A stretch of 64,000 nucleotides of DNA from Clostridia bacterium (GCA_045655005.1 JAZOOJ010000007.1:162170-226169); one strand, 5' to 3'; numbered from the stretch's first letter, positions 1 through 10,140 are shown. The notes: a model not told the origin generated them from the sequence alone. A program made the numbers and translations.

Positions 1-110
1 TTCTTCGGCTCAGAAGACTAAAAACATTTAACAATAAAATTTTATATAAAAAACAGAATGAAAAAAGCAGACCAAACTGGTCTGCTTTTTGTTTGTACAA
101 CATAGGTTAC

Positions 111-623
111 TTAATCCACACATTCATACTCGTCGCTTGTTATTTCTCCGTTTTTATTTACAACGTGTAAAAGATTACCTGGTTGTAATAAGCGAGATAC
201 AAAAGATGGTCGGCAATCAGCCTCTTTCATCTCATCTTCGGTAAACCATTTAAATTGTAATCTTTTCATAATACCCTTGTCGCACTCCATAACTTCGTAA
301 TCTTCGGGATTGACATCGGCTTCGTTTACCGCTTCAACTACATAATAGTAACTGAACTCATGAATTAAACTTCCATCTTCTCTTTCATAAAAGTTTTGAA
401 CAATGCCAGTAAGACCTTTAATTTTTACCTCAAAACCAATTTCTTCCCTCATCTCTCGAAGCGTAGCCGTAATTGTGTCCTCACCGATTTCAGCGTGTCC
501 GCCAGGCAAGCAATAGAAAGTATTATCTTGAACTTTTACCAATAAATACTTTCCATTGTGGGTTAAAATCCCACATACACGAAACTTAAAGTGTTTCTTT
601 TCGTGATTAATATGAATGTCCAT
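111..623 (-). CDS. NUDIX hydrolase
   Basis: Nudix box GHAEIGEDTITATLREMREEIGFEV (GX5EX7REUXEEXGU). Start moved to MDIHINH (ATG at 623), which is preceded by AGGAGGTG. Confidence 0.8.
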   Translation of the reverse strand: MDIHINHEKKHFKFRVCGILTHNGKYLLVKVQDNTFYCLPGGHAEIGEDTITATLREMREEIGFEVKIKGLTGIVQNFYEREDGSLIHEFSYYYVVEAVNEADVNPEDYEVMECDKGIMKRLQFKWFTEDEMKEADCRPSFVSRLLQPGNLLHVVNKNGEITSDEYECVD

Positions 624-721
624 CTTTGCACCTCCTAATAAAAAAATTTGCACCATATTCTAACATTACTTTTTTTATTTGTCAAGTGAAAAATAAATTT
701 ATAATAAACAATAAATTACAC

Positions 722-756
722 AAAAAAATAAAAGCCTTATAATTCAATAAGGCTTT
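722..756 (-). terminator. Intrinsic terminator downstream of tRNA-Leu
   Basis: 9-bp stem AAAGCCTTA/TAAGGCTTT, followed on the minus strand by a T-run. Confidence 0.6.
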
Positions 757-765
757 CATTTTACT

Positions 766-848
766 GGTGCGAATAACTGGACTTGAACCAGCACGAGTTG
801 CCTCACACGCCCCTCAAGCGTGCGTGTCTGCCATTCCACCATATTCGC
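766..848 (-). tRNA. tRNA-Leu (anticodon GAG), type II with long variable arm, CCA encoded
   Basis: Minus-strand read is GCGAATA..CACGC-TTGAGGG-GCGTG..long variable arm..GCTGG-TTCAAGT-CCAGT-TATTCGC-A-CCA. Acceptor, anticodon and T stems all pair. Discriminator is A. Confidence 0.9.
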
Positions 849-985
849 AAATGTAATTATATTATACATCGGAAAGACTTTTTTGACAAGTATTTTAACA
901 TTTAATTTTTTATTTACTATTGAAATTTATATCGGATTTATGATAAAATTTAAATACGACTTATAAAAGATTAAGGAGCACAAAA

Positions 986-1597
986 ATGAAACAAAAAATA
1001 GAATATTTCGATTTAAGACAAGTACCAAACGAATTTATAATAGCTGCCTATAATTTAGTTTCTGATTTCCCACTCTCAGATGTAGATATAGCACTTCAAA
1101 TTGGTTTAGATTACTTTTTACAAATAATCGACCCTAATTGCTTAGCAATATTGGAAAAGCAAAAACAACAGATATTAGATAATTATAAAAAAGAATATCT
1201 TGATTTAGTAAATAAATGTCAAGCAGAAAAACTTCTTGGTGATGGATTAAATAAAAAGTTTCAAGATTTACAAGAAAAAACAAGAACTCAACTGGCTGAG
1301 CATAGACAAATTGCAAAAACACACGCTCATTTCTATCTCACTTTAAAAAAACTTATAAACGAATACTCAAAAGACTTACAAAAATGTTCCGTTATTACTC
1401 TCGACCCTGGTCCAAACAGCAACCTAAGATATAATATAGCCGTTTACCCTACTTATGTATTTGGAATTAATAAAAGAACTTCAAACCGATTAGACTTTTA
1501 CACTAAGCAAGAAGAAAGTGCTATAAATAGTTTAATTGACCTTTTGTATAGCGAATCCACATCGGTAGACAACGCAACATCTAGTGAAAATGAATAA
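986..1597 (+). CDS. Hypothetical protein (203 aa, helical/coiled-coil middle)
   Basis: Long ORF with AAGGAG RBS upstream. No recognisable motif. Confidence 0.6.
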   Translation: MKQKIEYFDLRQVPNEFIIAAYNLVSDFPLSDVDIALQIGLDYFLQIIDPNCLAILEKQKQQILDNYKKEYLDLVNKCQAEKLLGDGLNKKFQDLQEKTRTQLAEHRQIAKTHAHFYLTLKKLINEYSKDLQKCSVITLDPGPNSNLRYNIAVYPTYVFGINKRTSNRLDFYTKQEESAINSLIDLLYSESTSVDNATSSENE

Positions 1598-1608
1598 ATT
1601 ATGTAAAA

Positions 1609-1646
1609 AATAATACGAGCCCATTCTTCTTTGGACTCGTATTATT
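1609..1646. terminator. Bidirectional stem-loop between the hypothetical ORF and ssrA
   Basis: 11-bp inverted repeat AATAATACGAG / CTCGTATTATT. Confidence 0.5.
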
Positions 1647-1652
1647 CTTTTC

Positions 1653-2016
1653 TGGTGGAGACGGTGGGTATCGAACCCACGTCCAAATATCCCTCATAGG
1701 CTTTTCTACATACTTAGTTTATGTTTAAATTCAACTAACTGACTTCCATAAACAAACGACAATTAGTTGTCCTTTTGAAAAAATCCCCTTGCGTTCTCAA
1801 AAAGATAAAAAACATCAAGGTTTCTTACTTTAAATTAATGCCTAACACAGTCCAGTAAGCCTACTATGTCAGACAAGCAACCTAAACTAAGTTAGGCAGC
1901 GTATGCTAAATTATTATTATAATTTGCGTTTATTTTATTTGCGGTCTTTAACGCAGTCCACCCTGCGATATGCTTTACACCTAGGATAAAAATACCTGTC
2001 AAAACCAGTCGTCCCC
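1653..2016 (-). ncRNA. ssrA: tmRNA (SsrA)
   Basis: Minus-strand 5' end is GGGGACGACTGG and 3' end is GGACGTGGGTTCGATACCCACCGTCTCCACCA. Acceptor has a G3:U70 pair. Internal tag ORF ends ..LAYAA-TAA. smpB lies immediately adjacent. Confidence 0.95.
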
Positions 2017-2092
2017 ATATCGTAAATAAAATTTCTGCGGTTTTTAAAATGTGGTTTTTAACAAAATTTAAACAGATTGTTAAAAACTTATT

Positions 2093-2548
2093 TTATTTGT
2101 ACCCTTTCAACATTCGGTCGGTCTCACGCTTTATGTCTTTTTCTTTTAAAGAATCTTTCTTGTTGTACAATTCTTTACCCTTTGCAACCGCTATTTCAAG
2201 TTTAGCCAAATTGTGTGATAAATACATCTTAGTTGGAACAATGGTGTATCCTTTAATATTAACTTTGCGTTCAAGTTTTCTGATTTCAGACTTTGTTAAA
2301 AGAAGTTTTCTTGTACGCCTTGTGTCAACTTTATTTAAACCATCTGCTTTTTCATATTCTGCGATATGTGCACCCATTAAAAAAACTTCACCATTTTTAA
2401 TCATTACATAACTATCTTTCAAGTTTACTTTGCCAGCCCTTACAGATTTGATTTCTACCCCCTCTAAAACCAAACCTGCTTGGAACTTGTCTTCAATGTA
2501 ATAATCAAAATAGGCTTTTTTGTTGTCTGCTATTAACTTTTGTTCCAT
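2093..2548 (-). CDS. smpB: SsrA-binding protein SmpB
   Basis: KAYFDYYIEDKFQAGLVLEGVEIKSVRAGKVNLKDSYV and size are typical of SmpB. Synteny with ssrA and rnr. Confidence 0.95.
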   Translation of the reverse strand: MEQKLIADNKKAYFDYYIEDKFQAGLVLEGVEIKSVRAGKVNLKDSYVMIKNGEVFLMGAHIAEYEKADGLNKVDTRRTRKLLLTKSEIRKLERKVNIKGYTIVPTKMYLSHNLAKLEIAVAKGKELYNKKDSLKEKDIKRETDRMLKGYK

Positions 2549-2628
2549 ATTTTGCCTCTATTCCTTGCAATTTCTACTAAACTGCAATTATTTTATCACA
2601 CAATTTGTGAGATTTCAAGTCTTTTAAT

Positions 2629-4779
2629 TTAATTTTTAACCTGCCAGTCTTCTGCAAGCACAAAATTAACCTTTCTTATAACTAAGTCGGTACTAAATAC
2701 CTTGATTTTTATTTTTTGACCAAGTTTAAAAGTATTATTTTTGCCAGTTATCATCCATCTTGTTTCATCATAGGTATATTTGTCAGTTGGCAAGTCATCC
2801 ATCATTACCATTCCTTCAACTGTGTTTTCAAGTTGAACAAATATGCCGTTTTCTGTCATTCCTGAAATAAATCCAACAAACTCTTCACCGATAAATCTTG
2901 TCATATACTCGGCCTTCTTTAAGTCATCAACCGTCCTTTCCGCTTCGTCTGCCAGTCTTTCCCTACTACTTGATTGCTCAGATGCACGTGAAACAAAGTC
3001 TTCATAAAAATCAAACTTTTTGCCATGCATTTCTCCGTCCATAGTCATCTTTATTATTCTGTGAATTGTTAAATCTGGATATCTCCTAATAGGTGAAGTA
3101 AAATGACAATAATCTACCAAAGCCAAACCAAAGTGTCCAAGTGGGGCTTCATAATATTTCGCTTTTTGCATTGAGCGAAGTAATAATGAGTTTACCACAA
3201 TTTCCATAGGTCGGTCCTTTACAGCAATTAATACTTTTTGAACATCTCTTGGTTGTGGTTCAATTTCTTGAATTGCCAAATTTAAACCCATTCCCTTCAC
3301 ACAATTGTTAAATATGCTCATTTTTTCTTGCGTTGGAACTTCGTGTACACGATAAACAGCTGGAATTTGAGTATCTTTCATATATCTTGCAACAACTTCG
3401 TTTGTAACAACCATAAATTGCTCAATTAATCTATCTGACATCTCTCTTGGCTTTTTATAAATATCTTTGATTTTATTCTTCTCGTCCATATCAATTTGAA
3501 CTTCTGGAAGATTGAAATCAAGTTGACCTGCCCTATCTCTACGCTTTATTAAAAGTTTTGCAAGTTCTTCCATGTCTTTAAGCATTGGAACAAGATGTTT
3601 GTATTCGTTACACATCTCTTTATCACCTTCTAAAATCTTGGTGACTTTGCGATATGTCATTCTGTTTCTGCTTTTTATAATACCTTTGTGAATTGAATAG
3701 TCTTTAATATTTGCAAAATTGTCAAACTTTATTTCAACTGATAAAGTTAGCCTTTCAACATCAGGTTTTAGTGAGCAGATATTGTTGCACAAATCTTCTG
3801 GAAGCATTGGTAAAACCATATCAGGGAAATATACGCTGGTTGCACGTTTAAATGCTTCTTTATCAATTTCGCTATCTTGCGTTACATAGTGCGAAACATC
3901 TGCAATATGTACGTGCAATTCGTAGCCATTTTCGTCCTTTTTTAAATGAATTGCATCGTCAAAATCTCTTGCATCATCGCCATCTATTGTTATAACCAAA
4001 TCGTTTGTATAATCTTTCCTGCCCATTTTATCTCTGACGTCTGGTTCGTGTGCAACAGCTTTTGATTCAAGTATTACTTCTTCTGGAAATTTCTCAGTTA
4101 AACCAAAGGCTCTAATAATAGACAATGTATCAACGCCTAAATCATTAACATCACCCAAAATTTCAACAACACGACCAACAGCCATTTGATTTCTTGATGG
4201 ATATTCAAGCATCTCAACAACAACCTTCTCATTGGTCTTTGCTCCCATCATTCCGTCAACCATAATAAATACTTGGTCGGTAAATCTCTTGTCGTCTGGA
4301 ATTACAACTGCGCCTCCTGAAAATAACATAAAGGTTCCGACTATTGTTTTAAGTTCTCTTTTAATAACTCTTAAAACTTCACCTTCGCTTGACTGACCAG
4401 TTGTTTGAACTCTTCTGCCATTGCGTTTAATGGTCTTTGGTAATATCTTTACAAGTACTGTATCTCCATGAACTGCACCATTTACATATCTCTCTGGAAT
4501 GAAAATATCTTCACCAACTTCGCTTAATCTTTCTACAAACCCAAACCCTTTTGCATTTCCAATAAATTTGCCTTTTACAATACTAGTTTTTGAAGTTACC
4601 GCATATTTATTCCTTTCAGTTAAAACCATATCTCCATTTGCAACTAATTCATCTAACATAGGTTGTAAACTTGCTTGGCTATAATTAAAGCCTTCACCTA
4701 CAACACTTAGAATTTGACTTAGTGTTAAATATGTTTCTTTTAATTCTTTTAATCTTTGTAACAATTCGCTTTTGTTCAT
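2629..4779 (-). CDS. rnr: Ribonuclease R
   Basis: 716 aa. RNB-domain motifs (ITIDGDDARDFDDAI, HFGLA..YCHFTSPIRRYPDL) plus a C-terminal S1 domain. Confidence 0.95.
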   Translation of the reverse strand: MNKSELLQRLKELKETYLTLSQILSVVGEGFNYSQASLQPMLDELVANGDMVLTERNKYAVTSKTSIVKGKFIGNAKGFGFVERLSEVGEDIFIPERYVNGAVHGDTVLVKILPKTIKRNGRRVQTTGQSSEGEVLRVIKRELKTIVGTFMLFSGGAVVIPDDKRFTDQVFIMVDGMMGAKTNEKVVVEMLEYPSRNQMAVGRVVEILGDVNDLGVDTLSIIRAFGLTEKFPEEVILESKAVAHEPDVRDKMGRKDYTNDLVITIDGDDARDFDDAIHLKKDENGYELHVHIADVSHYVTQDSEIDKEAFKRATSVYFPDMVLPMLPEDLCNNICSLKPDVERLTLSVEIKFDNFANIKDYSIHKGIIKSRNRMTYRKVTKILEGDKEMCNEYKHLVPMLKDMEELAKLLIKRRDRAGQLDFNLPEVQIDMDEKNKIKDIYKKPREMSDRLIEQFMVVTNEVVARYMKDTQIPAVYRVHEVPTQEKMSIFNNCVKGMGLNLAIQEIEPQPRDVQKVLIAVKDRPMEIVVNSLLLRSMQKAKYYEAPLGHFGLALVDYCHFTSPIRRYPDLTIHRIIKMTMDGEMHGKKFDFYEDFVSRASEQSSSRERLADEAERTVDDLKKAEYMTRFIGEEFVGFISGMTENGIFVQLENTVEGMVMMDDLPTDKYTYDETRWMITGKNNTFKLGQKIKIKVFSTDLVIRKVNFVLAEDWQVKN

Positions 4780-4788
4780 TAAATTCTC

Positions 4789-5490
4789 CTATATATGGAA
4801 ATTTCTATTGATTTCTTTAATCATTCTACGTTTTTTTGCCATAAATAACACAAATAGGCTTATGCTTGCGGAACAATTCATCATAAATGCTGGCCATAAA
4901 ACAAAATCTTTAAAGAAAAATAATCTTAATACAAATACAATAACGCTTATTATCTCTAAATATACTATGCCACGAATAAGTTGAACGTCATATACTGATG
5001 TTGATAAAGCCAAAATTAATGATAGTACTATTGTTCCAGTCAATACAGCAGGACTTGCAAATACAATTGCCCATCCCAAAGCCGTTCCTATAACAAGATG
5101 GTCATAAATGTCTATAAAAATTAAAAACAATGCAATTAGCAATCCGGAAACAGGAATTCGTTTAATATGATTTTGTCCTTCTTTAAATGGGAAAAACATC
5201 ACCTTCCAAACAACAAATAACCCTGCTAAAACATATGGAAACCAATAAACTGGCGTTTGAAAGAAAAGATTTATAAACACCGAAAGAACGGCAAGAAACA
5301 ACAACACATCTCTTACAATTTTCAACCACTTTGCACGATAAACATAACTTAAATCATATATTGGGTAACTATTTTTTCCTTCTTCAACAGAACCATGTTC
5401 ATCGCTTAAAACAAACTTACCGCAAAGAGGACAATATTTTAAATCTTCGGACACTTTTACTTTACAATGTTCACAAAAATGTTCACGCAT
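4789..5490 (-). CDS. Zinc-ribbon polytopic membrane protein (DUF6320-like)
   Basis: N-terminal CEHC..CPLC zinc ribbon followed by about 5 hydrophobic helices. ATG at 5490 overlaps the upstream stop by 8 nt (ATGCGTGA). Confidence 0.65.
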   Translation of the reverse strand: MREHFCEHCKVKVSEDLKYCPLCGKFVLSDEHGSVEEGKNSYPIYDLSYVYRAKWLKIVRDVLLFLAVLSVFINLFFQTPVYWFPYVLAGLFVVWKVMFFPFKEGQNHIKRIPVSGLLIALFLIFIDIYDHLVIGTALGWAIVFASPAVLTGTIVLSLILALSTSVYDVQLIRGIVYLEIISVIVFVLRLFFFKDFVLWPAFMMNCSASISLFVLFMAKKRRMIKEINRNFHI

Positions 5491-6961
5491 AAATATCCCT
5501 CCTGTTGCTTTCAATTAAAATGTCAATACCTAAACTTGCAAGATATGAAAAGTATGCTTGTTCCAAGTCATTCTCCTTAACCTTTGAAGAAAAACTAAAC
5601 ACCATTTTATCAGCAAATGAAATTACACCCGCAGTTTTTGCGTTATATTTAGGTCTGCCTAAATCTACCGAATATTTTTCTATTCTTTCTGCAAATTCAT
5701 CTGGAACAACAACTCTTCCTAGATTTGAAATATTTATCGTTTGATAGGTTTCTCCCCACGCCTTAAAAAATAATTTAATAAACAGATTCTTTAAAAACAA
5801 AGGCACTATTTTAATAAAAAAGTTCCTTTGCATTGCCACATTGCTATTTATAAATGCGGTTAAATAATTTTCATCAATTCGTTTTAACTCTTTTTTTACA
5901 ATCTCAATTATTTCAGGCAAAACATATTCACCTTGCTTTACCGGAACCTCAACATTTATATATCCTGAAAAATTTCGCAAAGTTTCAGTTTCGAAGAATT
6001 GCCTTAAATCAATTGGTACGGATATTTTAATTGGTCTTTTATGCTTTTTATTTTTCTTCCAAATACAATACGCCAAACTTGAAACTAAAAATTCAGTCAA
6101 TGAACAATTGTAATGTTTTGCGACTTCTTTGACTTGACTTACACTCATTGTTCCCATTGTTGTGTTTACAACACCAAAGTCTTCAACCGTTCCCTTTATA
6201 TGAAAAGCTTTTCTCTCTCCGTGTGCAGATTTTATACCCTTATTGCTGTAAATAGCAAAAGCATCTTCACACTCTTCTTTTCGTGGCTTATCTAAGGTAG
6301 ATAAACAACCTGTTTCCGAATTTATTTCAACACCAGATAAAATAAAATACCTTCTAAGTAACGAGTTGAAAAATTTCAATGAACCCCTGCCATCAGCAAT
6401 TCCATGAAAGCACTCAATTGACACTCTGTTGTTAAAGTATAACACCCTAACGATGTGGTCTTTTGAACTAAAGATATCAAAATTATGGCAAGGGAATTTG
6501 CTTTCTTTCTTTACTTTTGGGCAAGTCGATTTCTCTTCAAAATAATTCCAAAAAATTCCTTGCTTCAATCCGACATTAAATGTTGGAAATCTTGGCATTG
6601 TATCTTCAACTGCCTGTTGCAATATCTCAGCGTTAACAGACTCTGTTAAAATAGCTGAAATTCTGTAAACAAAAGTCCAATTTTCATCTTTTATTGATGG
6701 ATAAATAATTGCAGCGTTATCCAGTTTAAACCACTCCGCATGCAAACTTTTTCTAACTTTTGCTTTAAATCGTTCTTGTTTTAATTCTTTAGCATTTACT
6801 CTTTTAGTCTTCTTCTCTTGCTTTTTATCTGCTTTTCTTTTTAATTTTGCAAGCTTTTTATTTTCTTGCTTTTCAAGTTTAGCCATTGCCTTTTGCTCTT
6901 TCAATGACTTCTTATATAAATCTTTTTCAATTTTTTCTTTACTAGTTTTATTTTTTGCCAT
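5483..6961 (-). CDS. Condensation-domain-like acyltransferase (alcohol acetyltransferase / PapA5-like) with Lys/Glu-rich N-terminal extension
   Basis: Catalytic-type motif FHGIADGRG (HxxxDG). About 70-aa KE-rich N-terminus. Confidence 0.6.
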   Translation of the reverse strand: MAKNKTSKEKIEKDLYKKSLKEQKAMAKLEKQENKKLAKLKRKADKKQEKKTKRVNAKELKQERFKAKVRKSLHAEWFKLDNAAIIYPSIKDENWTFVYRISAILTESVNAEILQQAVEDTMPRFPTFNVGLKQGIFWNYFEEKSTCPKVKKESKFPCHNFDIFSSKDHIVRVLYFNNRVSIECFHGIADGRGSLKFFNSLLRRYFILSGVEINSETGCLSTLDKPRKEECEDAFAIYSNKGIKSAHGERKAFHIKGTVEDFGVVNTTMGTMSVSQVKEVAKHYNCSLTEFLVSSLAYCIWKKNKKHKRPIKISVPIDLRQFFETETLRNFSGYINVEVPVKQGEYVLPEIIEIVKKELKRIDENYLTAFINSNVAMQRNFFIKIVPLFLKNLFIKLFFKAWGETYQTINISNLGRVVVPDEFAERIEKYSVDLGRPKYNAKTAGVISFADKMVFSFSSKVKENDLEQAYFSYLASLGIDILIESNRRDIYA

Positions 6962-7165
6962 ACTTAACCTATTTTAAAAGTATTAACTATCTTCAAAATT
7001 ATTATATCACAAACAAATGCATTGGATAAACTTAATTTAATAACTTTTTACCTTAATTTTAAATTTCACAATTAAATAATAACATAAATAAGCAATTTTT
7101 GATAGAAAAATATCGAAAAGAGATGTTGAATAATTTTCAATATCTCTTTTTAAAACCTTTGTTTA

Positions 7166-7450
7166 TTATATTAAAAACGGATTATCTTTCAATACTTCTT
7201 CTATATCTCCGTCAAATTCTTCAAGTATTGATATTAAATCATTTGGGTCATACATCATAAATCCCGGATTGACATAAATCAACGAACTGATATCTTCAAT
7301 TGGATACCCTGCATCCACAATAATTTTTATACAAGCACCGGCTTTACCCCAATCCACAATATCTAATCCTGGACATAAATCAATCAAAGCTTCAATTTCA
7401 TCATCTGCAATTGTTAATTTGTTTAACAAAACTTTTAATTCTTTATCCAC
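7166..7450 (-). CDS. Small acidic helical protein, possibly one or two mTERF-like repeats
   Basis: 94-aa ORF. ..LIDLCPGL.. and ..LIYVNPGFMMYDPNDL.. resemble the repeats of the two upstream genes. A terminator hairpin (7117-7152) follows. Confidence 0.5.
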   Translation of the reverse strand: MDKELKVLLNKLTIADDEIEALIDLCPGLDIVDWGKAGACIKIIVDAGYPIEDISSLIYVNPGFMMYDPNDLISILEEFDGDIEEVLKDNPFLI

Positions 7451-7469
7451 AACTTATCTCCTTAAATTA

Positions 7470-8459
7470 CTAAAATGCACCAAGCGTTAGTTTACGCTCT
7501 TCTTCTGTTAGTATTAAGTTTTCACCCGTACGTTTAGCATAGTCATTTTCAAGTTGTGTGATCGCTTCCGATGTTAATGGATATTTTTTAGAGTCGAAAA
7601 CCCCGTACTTCTTTGCAAAATCATTTTTTGATGTAATAACTTTGCTAAGCGTAGCCTTAAATCCTCGTTCTTTTAAATAGCATCTTCGTGCAAATGTTAA
7701 TTGCTCACTTATCATTAAATGACGTGACAAAAACAAATCATCATACAAATCGGATAAAATTATATATCTTAACTTAACCCTTTGAGCAGGAAAAGTTAAT
7801 AAAATTGGATTTTCTATTATTTTTTCTTTTGGGATAAAACTTAATAAAACTTTTACTTTTGTCTTTACTGACTTTTGCTCAATACTTTTTGTGTCAAGTC
7901 CCAACAGCACCGGTGCAATCTTTATCATATTTATTGCTTCGCCTTCGGAGATTTTCAATATATGTTGATAATCCTTTAATTTCGCTTGAATTGAAGTATC
8001 ACCTTCACCCGAAATGTCATAACCTAGTGTCGCTGGAAATATTTTTAATATATTGACGACTTCTTCTTCGGTTGCTTTTAATATCCCTTTATAAGCACTT
8101 ATCTTTCCTTTAACCGAAGTATCACTTTCGCTAACTGTATCACAATTTAACATTGGAGGATATGACTTTCCCATTTTTACAACAACCTCAGGTGTTGTCT
8201 TTAATATGTTTTCAAAATCTTTTAACTTTTTCCTAACCGATGTGTCGCTTTCACTACCTTCTTGTGTATCAAGGTCAAACATAACAGGATTTCTCTTTAT
8301 CATTCTTAAAATCTCTTTTTGAGTTACAGAAAAAATTTGAGAATAATCTTTTATTTTTCTTTCCATCAATTTGACATCTCTAATCTTAATCCTATCATAA
8401 ATATGCTCTGCATCTGCGATACCAAAACCCAAGTTTAATAAATATTCTTTTGCTGTCAT
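7470..8459 (-). CDS. Helical-repeat protein, mTERF-like (paralog A)
   Basis: 4-5 repeats of about 38 aa with the pattern DTSV+xKIxxYxxILKxxxEEVVxxxKxxPxxLxxD. Confidence 0.5.
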   Translation of the reverse strand: MTAKEYLLNLGFGIADAEHIYDRIKIRDVKLMERKIKDYSQIFSVTQKEILRMIKRNPVMFDLDTQEGSESDTSVRKKLKDFENILKTTPEVVVKMGKSYPPMLNCDTVSESDTSVKGKISAYKGILKATEEEVVNILKIFPATLGYDISGEGDTSIQAKLKDYQHILKISEGEAINMIKIAPVLLGLDTKSIEQKSVKTKVKVLLSFIPKEKIIENPILLTFPAQRVKLRYIILSDLYDDLFLSRHLMISEQLTFARRCYLKERGFKATLSKVITSKNDFAKKYGVFDSKKYPLTSEAITQLENDYAKRTGENLILTEEERKLTLGAF

Positions 8460-8468
8460 ATTTTCTCC

Positions 8469-9473
8469 TTAATTCAAATCATTTTCTCCAAGGGTCGCTT
8501 GTTTTTCTTCATCGGTCAGACACAATTCTACTCCCTCTCTTTCAAAATATTTTGCTTCAAGGTTATTAATTACTTCTTCGGTTATAGGATATTGCGATAT
8601 GTCTATTTCTCCAACAAATTTTTCAAAATCACTTTTTGAGCAACAAATCCTACGCAAAGTTAACTTTTTACCCTTTTCTTTCAAATAGCATCGTCTTGCA
8701 TACGACACCTGTTCACTTTGCATTAAATAACGATATGGAAATTCATCATTCCACAAATCTGATAAAATTAAATATCTTAACTTCACCCTTTGCGCTGGGG
8801 CATTTAATATTGTAGGATTTTCAACAATTGTTTCAACTGGAATAAACTTTGTTAAAATACCGATCTTTGTCTTTACTGATGTTTGCGTATCTCCTTTTGT
8901 GTCAAGCCCTAATATTGATGGATTACGCAAAATCATTTGCACAATATCATTTTTGCATCTTCCTAATATTTTACAATATGAATTAACCTTTCCTTTAACA
9001 GCAGGTTCTGCTTCTCCCACAGTGTCATAACTCAATAATGCTGGTGCAATTCCAATTATTTTTATTGCATCCTCATGCGAAATTCCCAATATTTTTTCGT
9101 AATCTCTTATTTTGCCCTTTACAGAAGTTCCATCTTCTGCAATAGTATCTAAACATAAAAGTGATGGATGTGTTCTTACCTTTTGACATGCAACGTCCAA
9201 TGGCAAATGTAATATTTCACAATAATGTGCTATTTTATTTTTTGCTGATGTTGCACTATCGTCATTTACTGCACAGCTTAAAACTTGAGGTATAAGTCTT
9301 GCCATTCTTAAAATTTCCGATCTCGTTGCCTTCAATAATCTTTGATATTCTTCAATCTTATTATTAAAATATGCAATTCCATCTTCATCATCGCTCAGTC
9401 TACACTTTTCAATAATTATTTCGATTTTTTTATCTGCAAACTTTAATTTACTTAAATACTCTCTTAATGTCAT
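8469..9473 (-). CDS. Helical-repeat protein, mTERF-like (paralog B)
   Basis: Same repeat pattern and the same C-terminal domain (AQRVKLRY(L/I)ILSDL..ARRCYLKE+G) as paralog A. Start set at MTLREYL (GGGGGA RBS) by alignment with MTAKEYL. Confidence 0.5.
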   Translation of the reverse strand: MTLREYLSKLKFADKKIEIIIEKCRLSDDEDGIAYFNNKIEEYQRLLKATRSEILRMARLIPQVLSCAVNDDSATSAKNKIAHYCEILHLPLDVACQKVRTHPSLLCLDTIAEDGTSVKGKIRDYEKILGISHEDAIKIIGIAPALLSYDTVGEAEPAVKGKVNSYCKILGRCKNDIVQMILRNPSILGLDTKGDTQTSVKTKIGILTKFIPVETIVENPTILNAPAQRVKLRYLILSDLWNDEFPYRYLMQSEQVSYARRCYLKEKGKKLTLRRICCSKSDFEKFVGEIDISQYPITEEVINNLEAKYFEREGVELCLTDEEKQATLGENDLN

Positions 9474-9598
9474 ACACATCCCCCATCTGTAACGAACTCT
9501 ATATATTGATTATAACACACAAATATAAATTTGTCTTTACTTTTTATAAAATTAAAAGCACCCTAATAAAATTATTAGAATGCTTATTGTTTATTTTT

Positions 9599-10126
9599 TT
9601 AATTATTTAATGGTGACAAGACAAGATTCCCATTTGTTCGTGTCTGGTCAAGGTCAATTATTCGCTGATTTGATGAACCTCTGAAATTAAGGCGAAGGTT
9701 CTTAAGTTCTTCAACGAACCTTCCATCAACCAAAATGTCAATATAACTTAACATTTCATCTGTAACTTCGCACCTTGCACGACTTTCGCCTTTCAACTCT
9801 TTATCATAAATAAAGCCGGTATAACACCAAATTGGTTTGTTTGGAAACTCTTCTTTTACTCTTTTTAAAAATTTCACCAAACCTCTTTGGTTTTCAACTT
9901 CAAAAGGCTCTCCGCCAAGAAGCGTAAGTCCGTGAACATAATCTGGTCTTAGAGCTTCAATCAATTCATCTTCTACTTCTTTTGTAAATGGCTTGCCGTA
10001 GTCAAAACTCCACGCACATTGATTAAAACAATTTTTACAATAATGGCGACAACCTGACACAAACAACGAAACTCGAACCCCTACACCATTTGCAATATCT
10101 CTTTTTTTAATCTCTGCGTAGTTCAT
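9599..10126 (-). CDS. nrdG: Anaerobic ribonucleotide reductase activating protein (radical SAM)
   Basis: CRHYCKNC radical-SAM cluster motif. Follows nrdD. Start at MNYAEIKK with GAGGGAGAA RBS. Confidence 0.9.
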   Translation of the reverse strand: MNYAEIKKRDIANGVGVRVSLFVSGCRHYCKNCFNQCAWSFDYGKPFTKEVEDELIEALRPDYVHGLTLLGGEPFEVENQRGLVKFLKRVKEEFPNKPIWCYTGFIYDKELKGESRARCEVTDEMLSYIDILVDGRFVEELKNLRLNFRGSSNQRIIDLDQTRTNGNLVLSPLNN

Positions 10127-10140
10127 TTCTCCCTCGACTT

